Source of the DNA: a virus
Taxonomy: Duplodnaviria > Caudoviricetes
IMG/VR virus record: IMGVR_UViG_3300042847_000018
Coordinates: 1 to 40,147 of that record
DNA: 40,147 nt
Strand: one strand, 5' to 3'
Part shown: one piece after another, positions 16,239 to 25,333 of the stretch
Layout of the letters: each line of letters begins with the position of its first letter
Position numbering within the stretch: the stretch's first letter is position 1
Made by a program: the position numbers and the translations under genes
Notes under the pieces: generated by a model
What the model was told of the DNA's origin: nothing
The model's input: only the letters and a program-made list of their open reading frames with translations
The model's database searches: none

Positions 16239-19200
16239 CCGTTGCGTCCTGTTCCTACGCGCCAGGCGAGTTGGGCGTCGAGGCGGGCGAGGATGGTCTC
16301 GACGTCGGGGGCCTCGGTGATGTTGACGTCTCCGAACATGCGGCCCCCGTTGCCGGCGGCGAGCGCGTCGGGGGGGAGGACGGTGTCGCCGCGGGCGAGG
16401 GAGAGGATCTCGGCGCCGCGTTCGCCGACGACGGCGAGGCCCGGGGCGATGGCCCGGCCGCCGCGGGCGAGGGCGGGGATGTCAGCAATGTCGGGGGTAT
16501 CGAGGGTGGCGCCGGCCCAGACCGTTTTGCCGCCGACCTCGAGCGGGGGGATGGTGAGGCGCAGGTCGTTCCATAGGTGGTGGATGGCGTTGACGACCCA
16601 GACGAACGCGTTGGCGATGCCCTTGAACATGCCGGCGGCGGCGGCGGCGATCTTCTCGGGCATGCCGGCGATCCAGCCGAGGAGCATGCCGGCGAACTCG
16701 GCGAGCATGCCGGGGGCCGCGGCGATGGCGCCGACGATGAACGAGAGGATGGCGGGGACCCAGGTGGCGATCTGTTCGATGAGCCAGGGGATGGCGCCGA
16801 TGATGAACTCGGCGATGGCCACCTGAAGTTTCCCGAACATCACGGGTAGGCCGATGATGGCGGTGAGGATCCAGCCGACGAGCGCGAAGGCCCAGGAGAG
16901 AAGGGTCTCGACGAGGCCGGGGAGGGCGACGGTGACGGCCCACGTGACGATGGCGCCGAGGAGCTCGCCGAGCTTGCCGAGGAGGGAGGCGATGGCACCG
17001 GGGACCCAGTCGACGAACGCGGCGGCCCACTGGCCGAGCAGGGCGGCGAGGGCGGGGAGGCCGGTCTCGAGGAGCCAGGCGCCGAGGCTGGCGAGGAGGC
17101 CGCCGAGCGCGGCGAGGAGGGCGACGATGGCGCCGGGTATCCACGAGATGAACGCGCCGATCCATTCGGGGAGCGCGCCGACGAGCTTGGGGAGGGCGTC
17201 GAACAGGATCCACCCGACGAGCTTGACGAGCAGGCCGCCGAGAGCGAGGAGGAGGGGGCCGGCGAGCTCGACGACGAACCGGACGATGTTGAACAGGACG
17301 ACGGCCAGGCCGGCGACGATCTTGGGGGCCCATTCGACGATGGCGGTGAGGATCTTGGGGATGAGGTCGGCGACGGCGGTGAGGACCTTGGGCCCGTTGT
17401 CGACGATCCACGTGAGGAGGGAGCCGAGGAGTTGGCCGGCGGAGTCGAGGAGCGCGGGGATGGCCTCGCCGATCCAGCGCCCGGCGTTGGTGGCCCAGTC
17501 GTGGAATTGCTCGAGGAGGCGGGGGGCGTTGTCGACGATCCACGCGCCGAGCGCGGCGAGGTAGGGGCCGAGGAACTCGCCGATGCGCCCGGCGGCGTCG
17601 GTGATCCACGTCCCCGCGGCGCGGGCCCATCCGGCGAACGTGCCGCCGAGGTCACCGGTGCGGGCGGAGACCTCGGCGCGCAGCGACGCGAGGTAGCCGG
17701 TGAGGGCGGTGGAGGTCTGTTCCCAGGCGGCGGTGACCCAGCCGGCGACGACGGGCGCCCACGTGTTGAACGTGGCCCGCAGGGCGGCGACCTGGCCGTC
17801 GACCCAGGTCGACAGGTTGGCCCAGAGCACGGCGAGCGCGGCGACGAGGACGGGCCAGGCGTCGGTTACCCAGGCGGTGAGGGCGGGGATCCACGAGCGG
17901 ACCCGCTCGACGAGGCCGGCGTAGGTTTCGAGTATCCACGTCCAGACGGCGATCTCGAAATTGCGGTAGGCCTCGAGGGCGGCGGGGATGGCGTCGACGG
18001 CCCACGAGGCGATGGCCTGTCCCCACGAGATGACGGCCTGGCCGATGGTCACGGACCAGCCGGTGAGGTTCTCGACGATGCGGTCGAGGAGCTCGCGTAG
18101 GCCGGCGCTGATGGCGGGCCAGGCGTCGGCGATGTTGCGGCCGAGGTTGGAGAACGCTTGGCCGAGGCCGCCCTCGCGTAGGTCGCGGATGAAGTCGCGG
18201 ACGACGTCGAACGTGCGGATGAGGCCGTCGACGGCGGCGGAGTCCTCGTCGAATCCGAGCCACTTGCCGATGTCGACGCCGGCGCCGGCGGTGTCGCCGG
18301 ACATGAGTTTCGAGAGGGCCTCGAATCCCTTTTCGAGGCGGCCGACGATGTTGGTGCGGAAGTCGAGGAGGGACTTGCCGAGGGGCTCGAACCAGAGGGA
18401 GGCGCGTTGCCACATCACTCCCATGCGTTCGGACCATGAACGGGTTTCCTTCTCGGTTTGCTCGAGGGTTTTGGGGGTCTCGCCGATCTGCGCGAGGAGC
18501 TCGCCGATGTTGAGGCGGCCCTCGCGGATGGCGGCGGCCATGTCGGGCCCGGCCCGCGAGCCGAACAGTTGGAGGGCGATGGAGTTGGCCTCGCCGGCGG
18601 TGCCGGCGGATTCGATCTCGCCGACGAGGCGACGGAACGTGCCGACGGGTTCCTCGCCGGCCTTGGCCATCTTGCCGAGGGCGATGCGCATGGAACCCAA
18701 CACGAGGTTCGTGTTGACGCCTTGCTTCTCGAATGAGCCGACGAGGGCGGTGGACTCCTCGAGGGAGAAACCGAGTTGGCGCAGCGGCGCCCCGAACTTG
18801 GTGACGGTGGCGGCGAGTTGGTTGACGCCGACGCCGGTGTTCTGGCCGGCCTTGTAGAGGAAGTCGAGCGAGGCCGCCTGGTTCTCGGTGGCGACTCCCC
18901 AGTCGCCGAACATGCGGGTCGTGGTCTCGATGGTGCCGGCGAGGTCCTCGCCGGTGAGCTTGGCGAGGCGGAGCTCCTGTTGGGCGAGGCCCTCGAGGGC
19001 GGGTCCGGTGAGGTTGGTGCGGGCGTTGAGGCGGCCGATGGCCTCGGCGAACCGGTCGATGCCTTGGCCGGCGACGGTCCCGACGATGTCACGGAAGGAC
19101 GCGCCGAGCTCGGTGAGGTCGGAGCCGACGGCGCCGGTGAGCTTGCGGATCTCCTTCTGGCCTTTGCCGAGCTCGCCGGCGACGTCGATGGCGGTCCCGA

Positions 19201-19396
19201 TGCCCGCGGTGATGGCCGCGCCCAGGGCGGCGCCGATGGCGACGGCCGGGTTGCTGAGCATCCCCGCAGCGGCCTTGAGCGGCCCGGCGAGGCCACCGGC
19301 GAGCATCCCCGCCGCGCCGGCGGCGACGGTGGGGATGATCTCGAGGAACGCGCTACCGGCGTTGCCGGGGCCGGCCGGCGCCGAGGTGTCGCTCAT
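16235..19396 (-). CDS. Tape measure protein
   Basis: 1053 aa, 'AGSAFLEIIP' start, Trp-periodic amphipathic repeats, 'LARGG...VVGERGAE' end. Confidence 0.95.
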   Translation of the reverse strand: MSDTSAPAGPGNAGSAFLEIIPTVAAGAAGMLAGGLAGPLKAAAGMLSNPAVAIGAALGAAITAGIGTAIDVAGELGKGQKEIRKLTGAVGSDLTELGASFRDIVGTVAGQGIDRFAEAIGRLNARTNLTGPALEGLAQQELRLAKLTGEDLAGTIETTTRMFGDWGVATENQAASLDFLYKAGQNTGVGVNQLAATVTKFGAPLRQLGFSLEESTALVGSFEKQGVNTNLVLGSMRIALGKMAKAGEEPVGTFRRLVGEIESAGTAGEANSIALQLFGSRAGPDMAAAIREGRLNIGELLAQIGETPKTLEQTEKETRSWSERMGVMWQRASLWFEPLGKSLLDFRTNIVGRLEKGFEALSKLMSGDTAGAGVDIGKWLGFDEDSAAVDGLIRTFDVVRDFIRDLREGGLGQAFSNLGRNIADAWPAISAGLRELLDRIVENLTGWSVTIGQAVISWGQAIASWAVDAIPAALEAYRNFEIAVWTWILETYAGLVERVRSWIPALTAWVTDAWPVLVAALAVLWANLSTWVDGQVAALRATFNTWAPVVAGWVTAAWEQTSTALTGYLASLRAEVSARTGDLGGTFAGWARAAGTWITDAAGRIGEFLGPYLAALGAWIVDNAPRLLEQFHDWATNAGRWIGEAIPALLDSAGQLLGSLLTWIVDNGPKVLTAVADLIPKILTAIVEWAPKIVAGLAVVLFNIVRFVVELAGPLLLALGGLLVKLVGWILFDALPKLVGALPEWIGAFISWIPGAIVALLAALGGLLASLGAWLLETGLPALAALLGQWAAAFVDWVPGAIASLLGKLGELLGAIVTWAVTVALPGLVETLLSWAFALVGWILTAIIGLPVMFGKLQVAIAEFIIGAIPWLIEQIATWVPAILSFIVGAIAAAPGMLAEFAGMLLGWIAGMPEKIAAAAAGMFKGIANAFVWVVNAIHHLWNDLRLTIPPLEVGGKTVWAGATLDTPDIADIPALARGGRAIAPGLAVVGERGAEILSLARGDTVLPPDALAAGNGGRMFGDVNITEAPDVETILARLDAQLAWRVGTGRNG

Positions 19397-19820
19397 CCGT
19401 GGCCCTTGGGGGTGTACCGGACCGACGCACCGAAGAAGGCCCGCATGTCCTCCGGGCTAGCGGCGGCCCGGGCGGTTTCCTCCTCGGGCCGGTTCGGGCG
19501 GGGGACGCGCAGCGGTTCGAGCCGGGCGGCGCCCTTGCGTTTCTTGGTCTCGTAGAACATGGCGAGATGCGCCGAGGTGGTCTCGGCCAGGGCGGCGAGG
19601 AGCTCCTCGGCGTTGGCCCAGTCGCCGGGACCGGGGACGCCGTAGGAGCGGGCGAGCGCGGACTCGGCGGGGATGCCTTTGGTGAGAGCGAGGAGGCGGC
19701 GCCCGGAGATGGGCTCAGGGCCCCAGATGGCGGCGGCGAGGTCGAGACCGTAGAACCGGGCGAAGTCGGCCTCGAGGAGCTCCCATCGGTCTACGAGGAG
19801 CTCGCCGAGGCCTACGATTC
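19393..19820 (-). CDS. Tail assembly chaperone GT part (via -1 frameshift)
   Basis: 'LLVDRWELLEADFARFYGLDL' in the -1 frame overlapping the end of G; no obvious start codon of its own. Confidence 0.75.
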
Positions 19821-20201
19821 CGGGGCGGCCATCCCGTAGGATTCCATCGCCGCGGTGATGACGAACTCGAGGTCGGCGAACGAGGTGGACTCGTCGACGA
19901 CGGCCTCGTAGGCGTCGCCGAGGAGGGCACGGAGGCCGACGTCGAGGCCGGCGAGGTCGGTGACGTCGCCGGAGGCGAGGGCCCCGAACGCGGTGACGAC
20001 CTGAGCGGGCATCTCGGGGGGGAGCTCGTAGTCGGCGCCGTTGATGCGCAGCACCGGCGGCGGGCCGAGTTGCTCGAGGCGCGCCGCGCGGTGGGCGTCG
20101 ACGTCGATGACGCGGGAGACGGCGGCGGGCGGCGCCTTGGGCTTGACGCCGTTGGTGCGGCGGTGCGGGGCCGCCTTGGTGGTGGTGGTCCTGGCGGTCA
20201 T
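19812..20201 (-). CDS. Tail assembly chaperone G
   Basis: 'VIDVDAHRAARLE...LRINGADYELPPEMP', between major tail and TMP. Confidence 0.8.
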   Translation of the reverse strand: MTARTTTTKAAPHRRTNGVKPKAPPAAVSRVIDVDAHRAARLEQLGPPPVLRINGADYELPPEMPAQVVTAFGALASGDVTDLAGLDVGLRALLGDAYEAVVDESTSFADLEFVITAAMESYGMAAPES

Positions 20202-20764
20202 CACGGAACCGGGGCGAACGCCGGGTCGTCGGTGAGCAGGAACCACGGGACGGTGGCGCCGAGGGCGTCGAACGCGATCGGTAGCGCGAGGTTGGAGGTG
20301 CGCTGAAGGTTGGTCTCGATGGCCTCGGCGGGCTGGCCGCGGTCGACGACGAGGATGTAGTGCTTGTCGCCGTCGGTCCAGTCGACGCCGAGGGTGCGCT
20401 CGTCGATGAACTCCGGCGCCGGCGGCGTGTAGCGGTACGAGGCGCCGGGGGTGTCCTCGGTGATCTCGCCTCCGCCGAGCGCGAACGTGACGGTCTCGGC
20501 GTTCCACTGCTGAAGCGTGAACGAGAGCCGGAACGAGCGGGAGGTGACGACGGTGCGCAGGTCGTAGAAGGACTGCCACCCGCGGATGGAGTTGGTTTCC
20601 TTGCCGGCGTTGAGGGTGACGCCGTCCTCGGTGGCGTAGCCGAGGTCGACCCATCCGGTTCCCCAGGGGTCGGTGATGTCATCGGGCGGGGCGGTGCCGC
20701 CGGGGGCGACCATGATGTGACCGTTTGCGCCGACGACGATTTCGCCGGCGTCCAATCCTGGCAT
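20201..20764 (-). CDS. Major tail tube protein
   Basis: 'VAPGGTAPP...WVDLGYATEDGVT...IRGWQS' actinophage tail tube motifs; RBS gaggagg. Confidence 0.9.
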   Translation of the reverse strand: MPGLDAGEIVVGANGHIMVAPGGTAPPDDITDPWGTGWVDLGYATEDGVTLNAGKETNSIRGWQSFYDLRTVVTSRSFRLSFTLQQWNAETVTFALGGGEITEDTPGASYRYTPPAPEFIDERTLGVDWTDGDKHYILVVDRGQPAEAIETNLQRTSNLALPIAFDALGATVPWFLLTDDPAFAPVP

Positions 20765-20804
20765 CGTGGCCTCCTCAGGGTGGTCGACGCGCTTCGCGGT
20801 GAGG

Positions 20805-21245
20805 CTACCGGCCCGGACGGCGGTGGCCGTGCATGAGGATCCCGAACCGGTAGCCGGCGGCGCCGGTGGGTTCGTCGGGGTCGGCGACGATGGCGAGCGT
20901 GGTGGTGACGGCGGTGACGACCACGTCGGTGTGTATCCAGTTGGGCATGGCCAGGAGCGCGGCGTAGGCGGTGCGGGCGAGGGCGGAGGCGGCGACGCCG
21001 TCGTTCTCGTCGACGCCGTAGGCGGAGACCTGAAGGTGTGCGGTCTGTAGGTGGCCGTGGGTATCGCTCGAGCGTTGGCCGACGAGGAGGATGCGCAGGG
21101 AGCGGCCGGTGCGGGGGAATCCGGCGGGGAACCGGGTGGAGATGCGGGTCCCGGCGAGGTCGGTGACGGCGGGGATGGTGCGCAGGTAGCCGACGGCGAG
21201 GGCCTCGGCGTCGAATGGGATCTCGACGGCGGGAGCGGTGGTCAT
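20805..21245 (-). CDS. Tail terminator / tail completion protein
   Basis: 'DAEALAVGYLR...AHLQVSAYG' and synteny. Confidence 0.75.
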   Translation of the reverse strand: MTTAPAVEIPFDAEALAVGYLRTIPAVTDLAGTRISTRFPAGFPRTGRSLRILLVGQRSSDTHGHLQTAHLQVSAYGVDENDGVAASALARTAYAALLAMPNWIHTDVVVTAVTTTLAIVADPDEPTGAAGYRFGILMHGHRRPGR

Positions 21246-21619
21246 GGGTCGGCCTCGAGGCGCAGGCCGGCGGCCATGGCGGCCGGGCGTAGGAACGGCC
21301 GGGCGGCGCGGGTGGAGGTGCCGAACTCGTACCAGTGGCCCTTGAAGTTGAGGACCTGGACGCGGCCATGCCAGCCGTCGTCGGTGAGGACCGGGTTGCC
21401 GCGGATGGAGGAGTGCAGGTCCTTGGGGGGGCCGGTCGGGTCGTCGGGTGCCAGGCGGGATGCGTCGGCGGCGACGCGCCGGGCGGCGGAGGCCATGAGG
21501 TCGCGGCACTCCTCGCCGCGTTTCCATTCCTCGAAGAACCCGGGGGTGATGGCGACGCGCATGGTGCCGATCTCGCCGGTGGACACGAACCGGCCGGAGG
21601 AGTCCCGGTTGCCGGTCAC
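21242..21619 (-). CDS. HK97 gp10-like neck protein
   Basis: 'LAPDDPTG...LHSSI...HWYEFGTSTRAARPFLRPA'. Confidence 0.85.
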   Translation of the reverse strand: MTGNRDSSGRFVSTGEIGTMRVAITPGFFEEWKRGEECRDLMASAARRVAADASRLAPDDPTGPPKDLHSSIRGNPVLTDDGWHGRVQVLNFKGHWYEFGTSTRAARPFLRPAAMAAGLRLEADP

Positions 21620-21939
21620 GGGTTGACGACCTCGGCGACGGCCTCGATGTGGTGGGGCCGGCGGCGGGTGGCCTCGAGGGAGGGCCGGCCGCGGACCTCG
21701 AGCGTTTCGCCGGCGTCGAGGATGCGGTCCGCGGCGGTGACGGGCGCGTCGGGCGGGAACCAGTAGGTGTAGGTGGCCGAGGAGAATCCGAGGGTGACGC
21801 GCTCGGTGGCGGTGAGGAGCTCGCGGCGGGCGACCACGCCGGGGTGGGTGGCGGTGGTGGCGGTGGTCTCGTTGCCGTGTTCGTCGACGGCGCCGGGGGT
21901 GCGGGTGACGACGGTGACGGCCCGGTCGAACGGGATCAC
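21616..21939 (-). CDS. Head closure / head-tail adaptor
   Basis: 'VDEHGN...PPDAPVTAADRI...LEVRGRP...HHIEA'. Confidence 0.75.
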   Translation of the reverse strand: MIPFDRAVTVVTRTPGAVDEHGNETTATTATHPGVVARRELLTATERVTLGFSSATYTYWFPPDAPVTAADRILDAGETLEVRGRPSLEATRRRPHHIEAVAEVVNP

Positions 21940-22514
21940 CCGACGGCCCGCCGGCGTGTCGGCAGGTCGGCGGTGTAGCCCTCGAGGGCGAGCCAGTCCG
22001 CGGGCAGTAGACCGATCCCGGCCGATTCGCCGGCCCGCGTCATTGACCATCGCCCGGTGCCTTCCTGTTTGATTCCCTCGGGGTTGTCGATGACCCGGGC
22101 CGCCATGCGCAGGACGACGCCGGTGACGACGTCGGGGATGACGCCGTAGCCGTGGTCGTAGGTGACCCGGTAGGCCCGATACCGCCGGGCCCACCGGCCG
22201 GTGTCGATCCGGCGGATGATGCCGTGTTCGGACCATTCCCACGTGGTGGCGGGGACGGGGGCCTCGAGCGGTCCGGTGAGGTCGACGAGGGCGGTGACGG
22301 CGGTGACGGGCACCTCGGGCAGGAGGAGGGTGCGGGTGCCGTCGCCGGAGATGACGGCGGTGTCGTCGATGACGGCGTCGTAGGTCTGGCCGGTGGCGGC
22401 GCGCACCTCCCCGGACGCGAGGCGCAGGTAGAGCTCGGCGGTGTCGTCCTCGAACGTGACGGTGCCGCCCATGAAGGTGCGGAGCTCGTCGACGGTGGCG
22501 AGGGGGGTGCTCAT
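21936..22514 (-). CDS. Head-tail connector protein
   Basis: 'LATVDEL...LASGEVRA...LLLPEVPVTAV...VTYDHGYGVIPD'. Confidence 0.8.
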   Translation of the reverse strand: MSTPLATVDELRTFMGGTVTFEDDTAELYLRLASGEVRAATGQTYDAVIDDTAVISGDGTRTLLLPEVPVTAVTALVDLTGPLEAPVPATTWEWSEHGIIRRIDTGRWARRYRAYRVTYDHGYGVIPDVVTGVVLRMAARVIDNPEGIKQEGTGRWSMTRAGESAGIGLLPADWLALEGYTADLPTRRRAVG

Positions 22515-23047
22515 GGGCGGGGTTCCCTCGGGCGCCGGCGGCCGGTGTTGGGGGGCGGCGGGCGGCGTTTGTCGGCGGGGGCGTCCTCGGGGGGTGGGCC
22601 GGTGTGTGCCGGTTTCTCTACCGGATCCGAGGCGGGCGCGACCGGTTCGGTGGCGGCGGCCAGGGCGAGGCCGTCGAGGGTCTCGAGGTGTTCGAGCTCG
22701 TCGGGGTCGAGGCGGGCCTCGAGGGTGAGGCGCCAGTTGGCGACGGCGGTGGGGTGCGCGCCGGCGGCCTCGGCCCGGGCGGCGAGGGCGGCGGTGCGGG
22801 CCAGGAACGTCGACGACGACGGCGTCCGGTAGGTGGGGGCGGGGGCGCCGCCGGTGAGGCCGAGGGCGCGGGCGAGGCCGTCGTCGGCGAGGATGTAGGC
22901 GCCGGGCAGGCCGGTCGGGGACAGGTAGCGGCGGCGGGGGCCAGGAGCCACGGCGGGCACCTCCTCGAGAATGTCGACGGCCCGCACCGGTGTCGCCGGC
23001 CCGCACGCGTGGCCGGGGGTACCGCAGATGGGGCAGCGGACCGCCAT
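22511..23047 (-). CDS. Hypothetical protein with N-terminal CxxC-H-C motif
   Basis: MAVRCPICGTPGHACG; ATGA coupling to connector; TACCGT 7 nt upstream. Confidence 0.6.
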   Translation of the reverse strand: MAVRCPICGTPGHACGPATPVRAVDILEEVPAVAPGPRRRYLSPTGLPGAYILADDGLARALGLTGGAPAPTYRTPSSSTFLARTAALAARAEAAGAHPTAVANWRLTLEARLDPDELEHLETLDGLALAAATEPVAPASDPVEKPAHTGPPPEDAPADKRRPPPPNTGRRRPREPRP

Positions 23048-23103
23048 GGCCGTCACGGTAGCCGGGCCCCCGCGCGCTGGCGCGGGGGCCGGCGGCCCGC
23101 CGT

Positions 23104-24438
23104 CTACGGGGTGAGGTCGATGGTGGCGAACGCGAGCGGGCGGATGACGCCGAACGCGGCGCGCATCTCGGCCAGGATGGCGACGAGGTTGCGGACGAAG
23201 AAGTCGGAGTGAGAGTCGCTCACCTGGATCGCGGCCTGTTCGCGGTCCCATAGGACGGCCTGGCGGAAGTTGCCGACGAGGCCGACGCCGGGGGGCATGG
23301 CCTCGGCCTCGACGCGGGGCAGGCCCCAGACCGAGGGCTGAGCGTTGGGGGCTTGGGTCGGCCCGCCGAAGTAGAAGTCGCCGTGCGTGTTGCGCAGGAG
23401 GTCGACCTTTTCCATGTCGATCGGGTTGAGAAGGAACGCGGTGGGGACGGTGCGGCCCCCGATGCGCACGAGGGTCCGGGCGCGGCGCAGGGTGACGAGG
23501 AGGTCGGTGTCCCACGCTTGGGCCTGGACGCCGGGCGTGTTGAGGATCCCCTCGAAGTTCTCGCCGGTGGCGTTGCCGGTGAGGATCTGGTCCTCGAGCT
23601 CCTCGGCGAGGCCGTAGCGGAGGAACTCGTCGATGAGGGTGCGGACCTGGCCGGCGTCGGAGAGGGCCCGCTTGGTGGCGGGGATCCAGTGGGCGATGGT
23701 CTTGACCGTCGCCGACACCTTCTGAAGGGCGAGGCCGGATTCGGGCTTGCGGCCGCCGACGACGGGGGTGACGGTCCCGCCGGTGCCGTCGCCGATGGTG
23801 GCGGCCGAGGTCGCCTCCGGCACGGGCGAGGCGTTGTTCGTGAACCCGGTGACCCGGGCGTATTCGATCGTGTCCGACTGGGTCTGGCCGGCGGTGACGA
23901 GGTCGGCGACGACGAGGGGCCGCACGAACTGGCCGAGGCCGTCGATGAGGCCGCGCCAGTCGTTCTGGACGAGCGAACCGCCGGAGGTGTCGGAGCCGCC
24001 GGTGATGAGGGCCTTGGCGCCGCCGGCGCCCCGGGCGACGTCGGAGAGGGCGAACTCGATGGGCGGCGACTGGATGCCCTTGGCGCCCTCGGCGATGCGG
24101 CCGCTCGGGAACTGGCCGAGCCAGTTGACGAACGCGTCGGACTTGGTGAACCGCTCGCCGAGGGTCTGGCCGGGATGGCCACCGGCGGGGGAGCCGGCGC
24201 TCTTGGCGAGCTCGCCGACGGGGAGGCCGAGGGCGTTGACCTGATCCAACATGGCCCGGTCGCCGTCGTGGACGAGGATGCGGTCGTTGGCGGCCTTGGC
24301 GGCGTCGAGGTGGGCCTTGACGGCGGTTCGTTCCTCGTCGGTGAAGTCACGGCCGGCGGCCTCGGCGGCGCCGCCCAGGTCGCGGGCGGCCTTGAGGTGG
24401 CGGAGCTTCTCGGCGTTCAGGTCGTCGCGTCGGGACAT
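23104..24438 (-). CDS. HK97-fold major capsid protein
   Basis: N-terminal delta domain; 'KPES...VKTIAHWIPATKRALSD', 'FFVRNLVAILAEMRAAFGVIRP'. Confidence 0.95.
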   Translation of the reverse strand: MSRRDDLNAEKLRHLKAARDLGGAAEAAGRDFTDEERTAVKAHLDAAKAANDRILVHDGDRAMLDQVNALGLPVGELAKSAGSPAGGHPGQTLGERFTKSDAFVNWLGQFPSGRIAEGAKGIQSPPIEFALSDVARGAGGAKALITGGSDTSGGSLVQNDWRGLIDGLGQFVRPLVVADLVTAGQTQSDTIEYARVTGFTNNASPVPEATSAATIGDGTGGTVTPVVGGRKPESGLALQKVSATVKTIAHWIPATKRALSDAGQVRTLIDEFLRYGLAEELEDQILTGNATGENFEGILNTPGVQAQAWDTDLLVTLRRARTLVRIGGRTVPTAFLLNPIDMEKVDLLRNTHGDFYFGGPTQAPNAQPSVWGLPRVEAEAMPPGVGLVGNFRQAVLWDREQAAIQVSDSHSDFFVRNLVAILAEMRAAFGVIRPLAFATIDLTP

Positions 24439-24462
24439 GGGAGGGGACCTCCGGGGGTCGGT

Positions 24463-25320
24463 TCAGGCGAGCTCGAGGAGCTCGACCTCGAGGAGGGCGC
24501 GGGCGGCCTCTCCTGTGGAACCGGGTTCGGGGTCCTCCGCGTTGCCGTCCTCGACCTCGTCGCCTTGACCCTCGTCGGGTTCCTCGGCCGGGGTGTCGGG
24601 TCGGTCCTCCGCGTTGCCGTCGTCACCGGGAGTGGGTTCGTCGGGAACGCTACCGGCCGGGGCGGTGAGCTCGGCGCGGCGATTCTCGATGCGCCCGGCG
24701 AGGTCGTCGGCGCCGAGGAGGTGGAGCTCCTCGACGATGTTGTCGAGGACGGTGTCGGCGTCGATGGTGGTGGCCTTGGCGCCGCGGGCGAGGAGCGTGG
24801 TGAGGGGGTTGGCGCCCTTGAGGGTCGGGCCGACCTCGAGCACGTCGAGGGCCTTGAGCTCGAACGCGGTGCCCTCGTCGTTCCATGCGCCGTCGACGAC
24901 GTCGTAGGCGAAGGAGAACTCGCGCAGCGAGCGGCGGGAGAGGAGCTCGGCGACCCGGCCGGCGTAGGAGCGGGGGTCGTGCACGTCGAGGGCCATCTTC
25001 ACCCAGAGGCCGCCGTTCTTGCGGACCTCGGGAGGGAGGCGCCGGTCGCCGGCGGTGCGTTCCTCGGCCTCGGTGACGGTGCCGAGGTGGGCCTCGAGGG
25101 TGTCCCACTGGTGAGAGAAGATCACGGGGATGGGATCCCCGGACTTGGCCCAGGCGGCGAGGGAGTCGGCGAACGCGCCGGGGAGGATCTTGTCGCCGTG
25201 CATGTCGATGTTGTTGAACACGGCGACGACGGCCTCGTAGGTGCCGGGGCCCTCGGCGGGTAGGGCCTTGAACCCGTGGAGGGGCACGGACTTGCGGCGG
25301 TGAGCGAGCGCGGTGGGCAT
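24463..25320 (-). CDS. HK97 prohead protease
   Basis: 'VAVFNNIDMHGDKILPGAF', 'FSHQW', 'EFSFAY', 'EVGPTLKGANP'. Confidence 0.92.
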   Translation of the reverse strand: MPTALAHRRKSVPLHGFKALPAEGPGTYEAVVAVFNNIDMHGDKILPGAFADSLAAWAKSGDPIPVIFSHQWDTLEAHLGTVTEAEERTAGDRRLPPEVRKNGGLWVKMALDVHDPRSYAGRVAELLSRRSLREFSFAYDVVDGAWNDEGTAFELKALDVLEVGPTLKGANPLTTLLARGAKATTIDADTVLDNIVEELHLLGADDLAGRIENRRAELTAPAGSVPDEPTPGDDGNAEDRPDTPAEEPDEGQGDEVEDGNAEDPEPGSTGEAARALLEVELLELA

Positions 25321-25333
25321 GGCGGGGGGCTCC

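Noticed and set aside
16600-18100. Periodic Trp/hydrophobic repeats
   Set aside because: Normal tape measure protein repeats.
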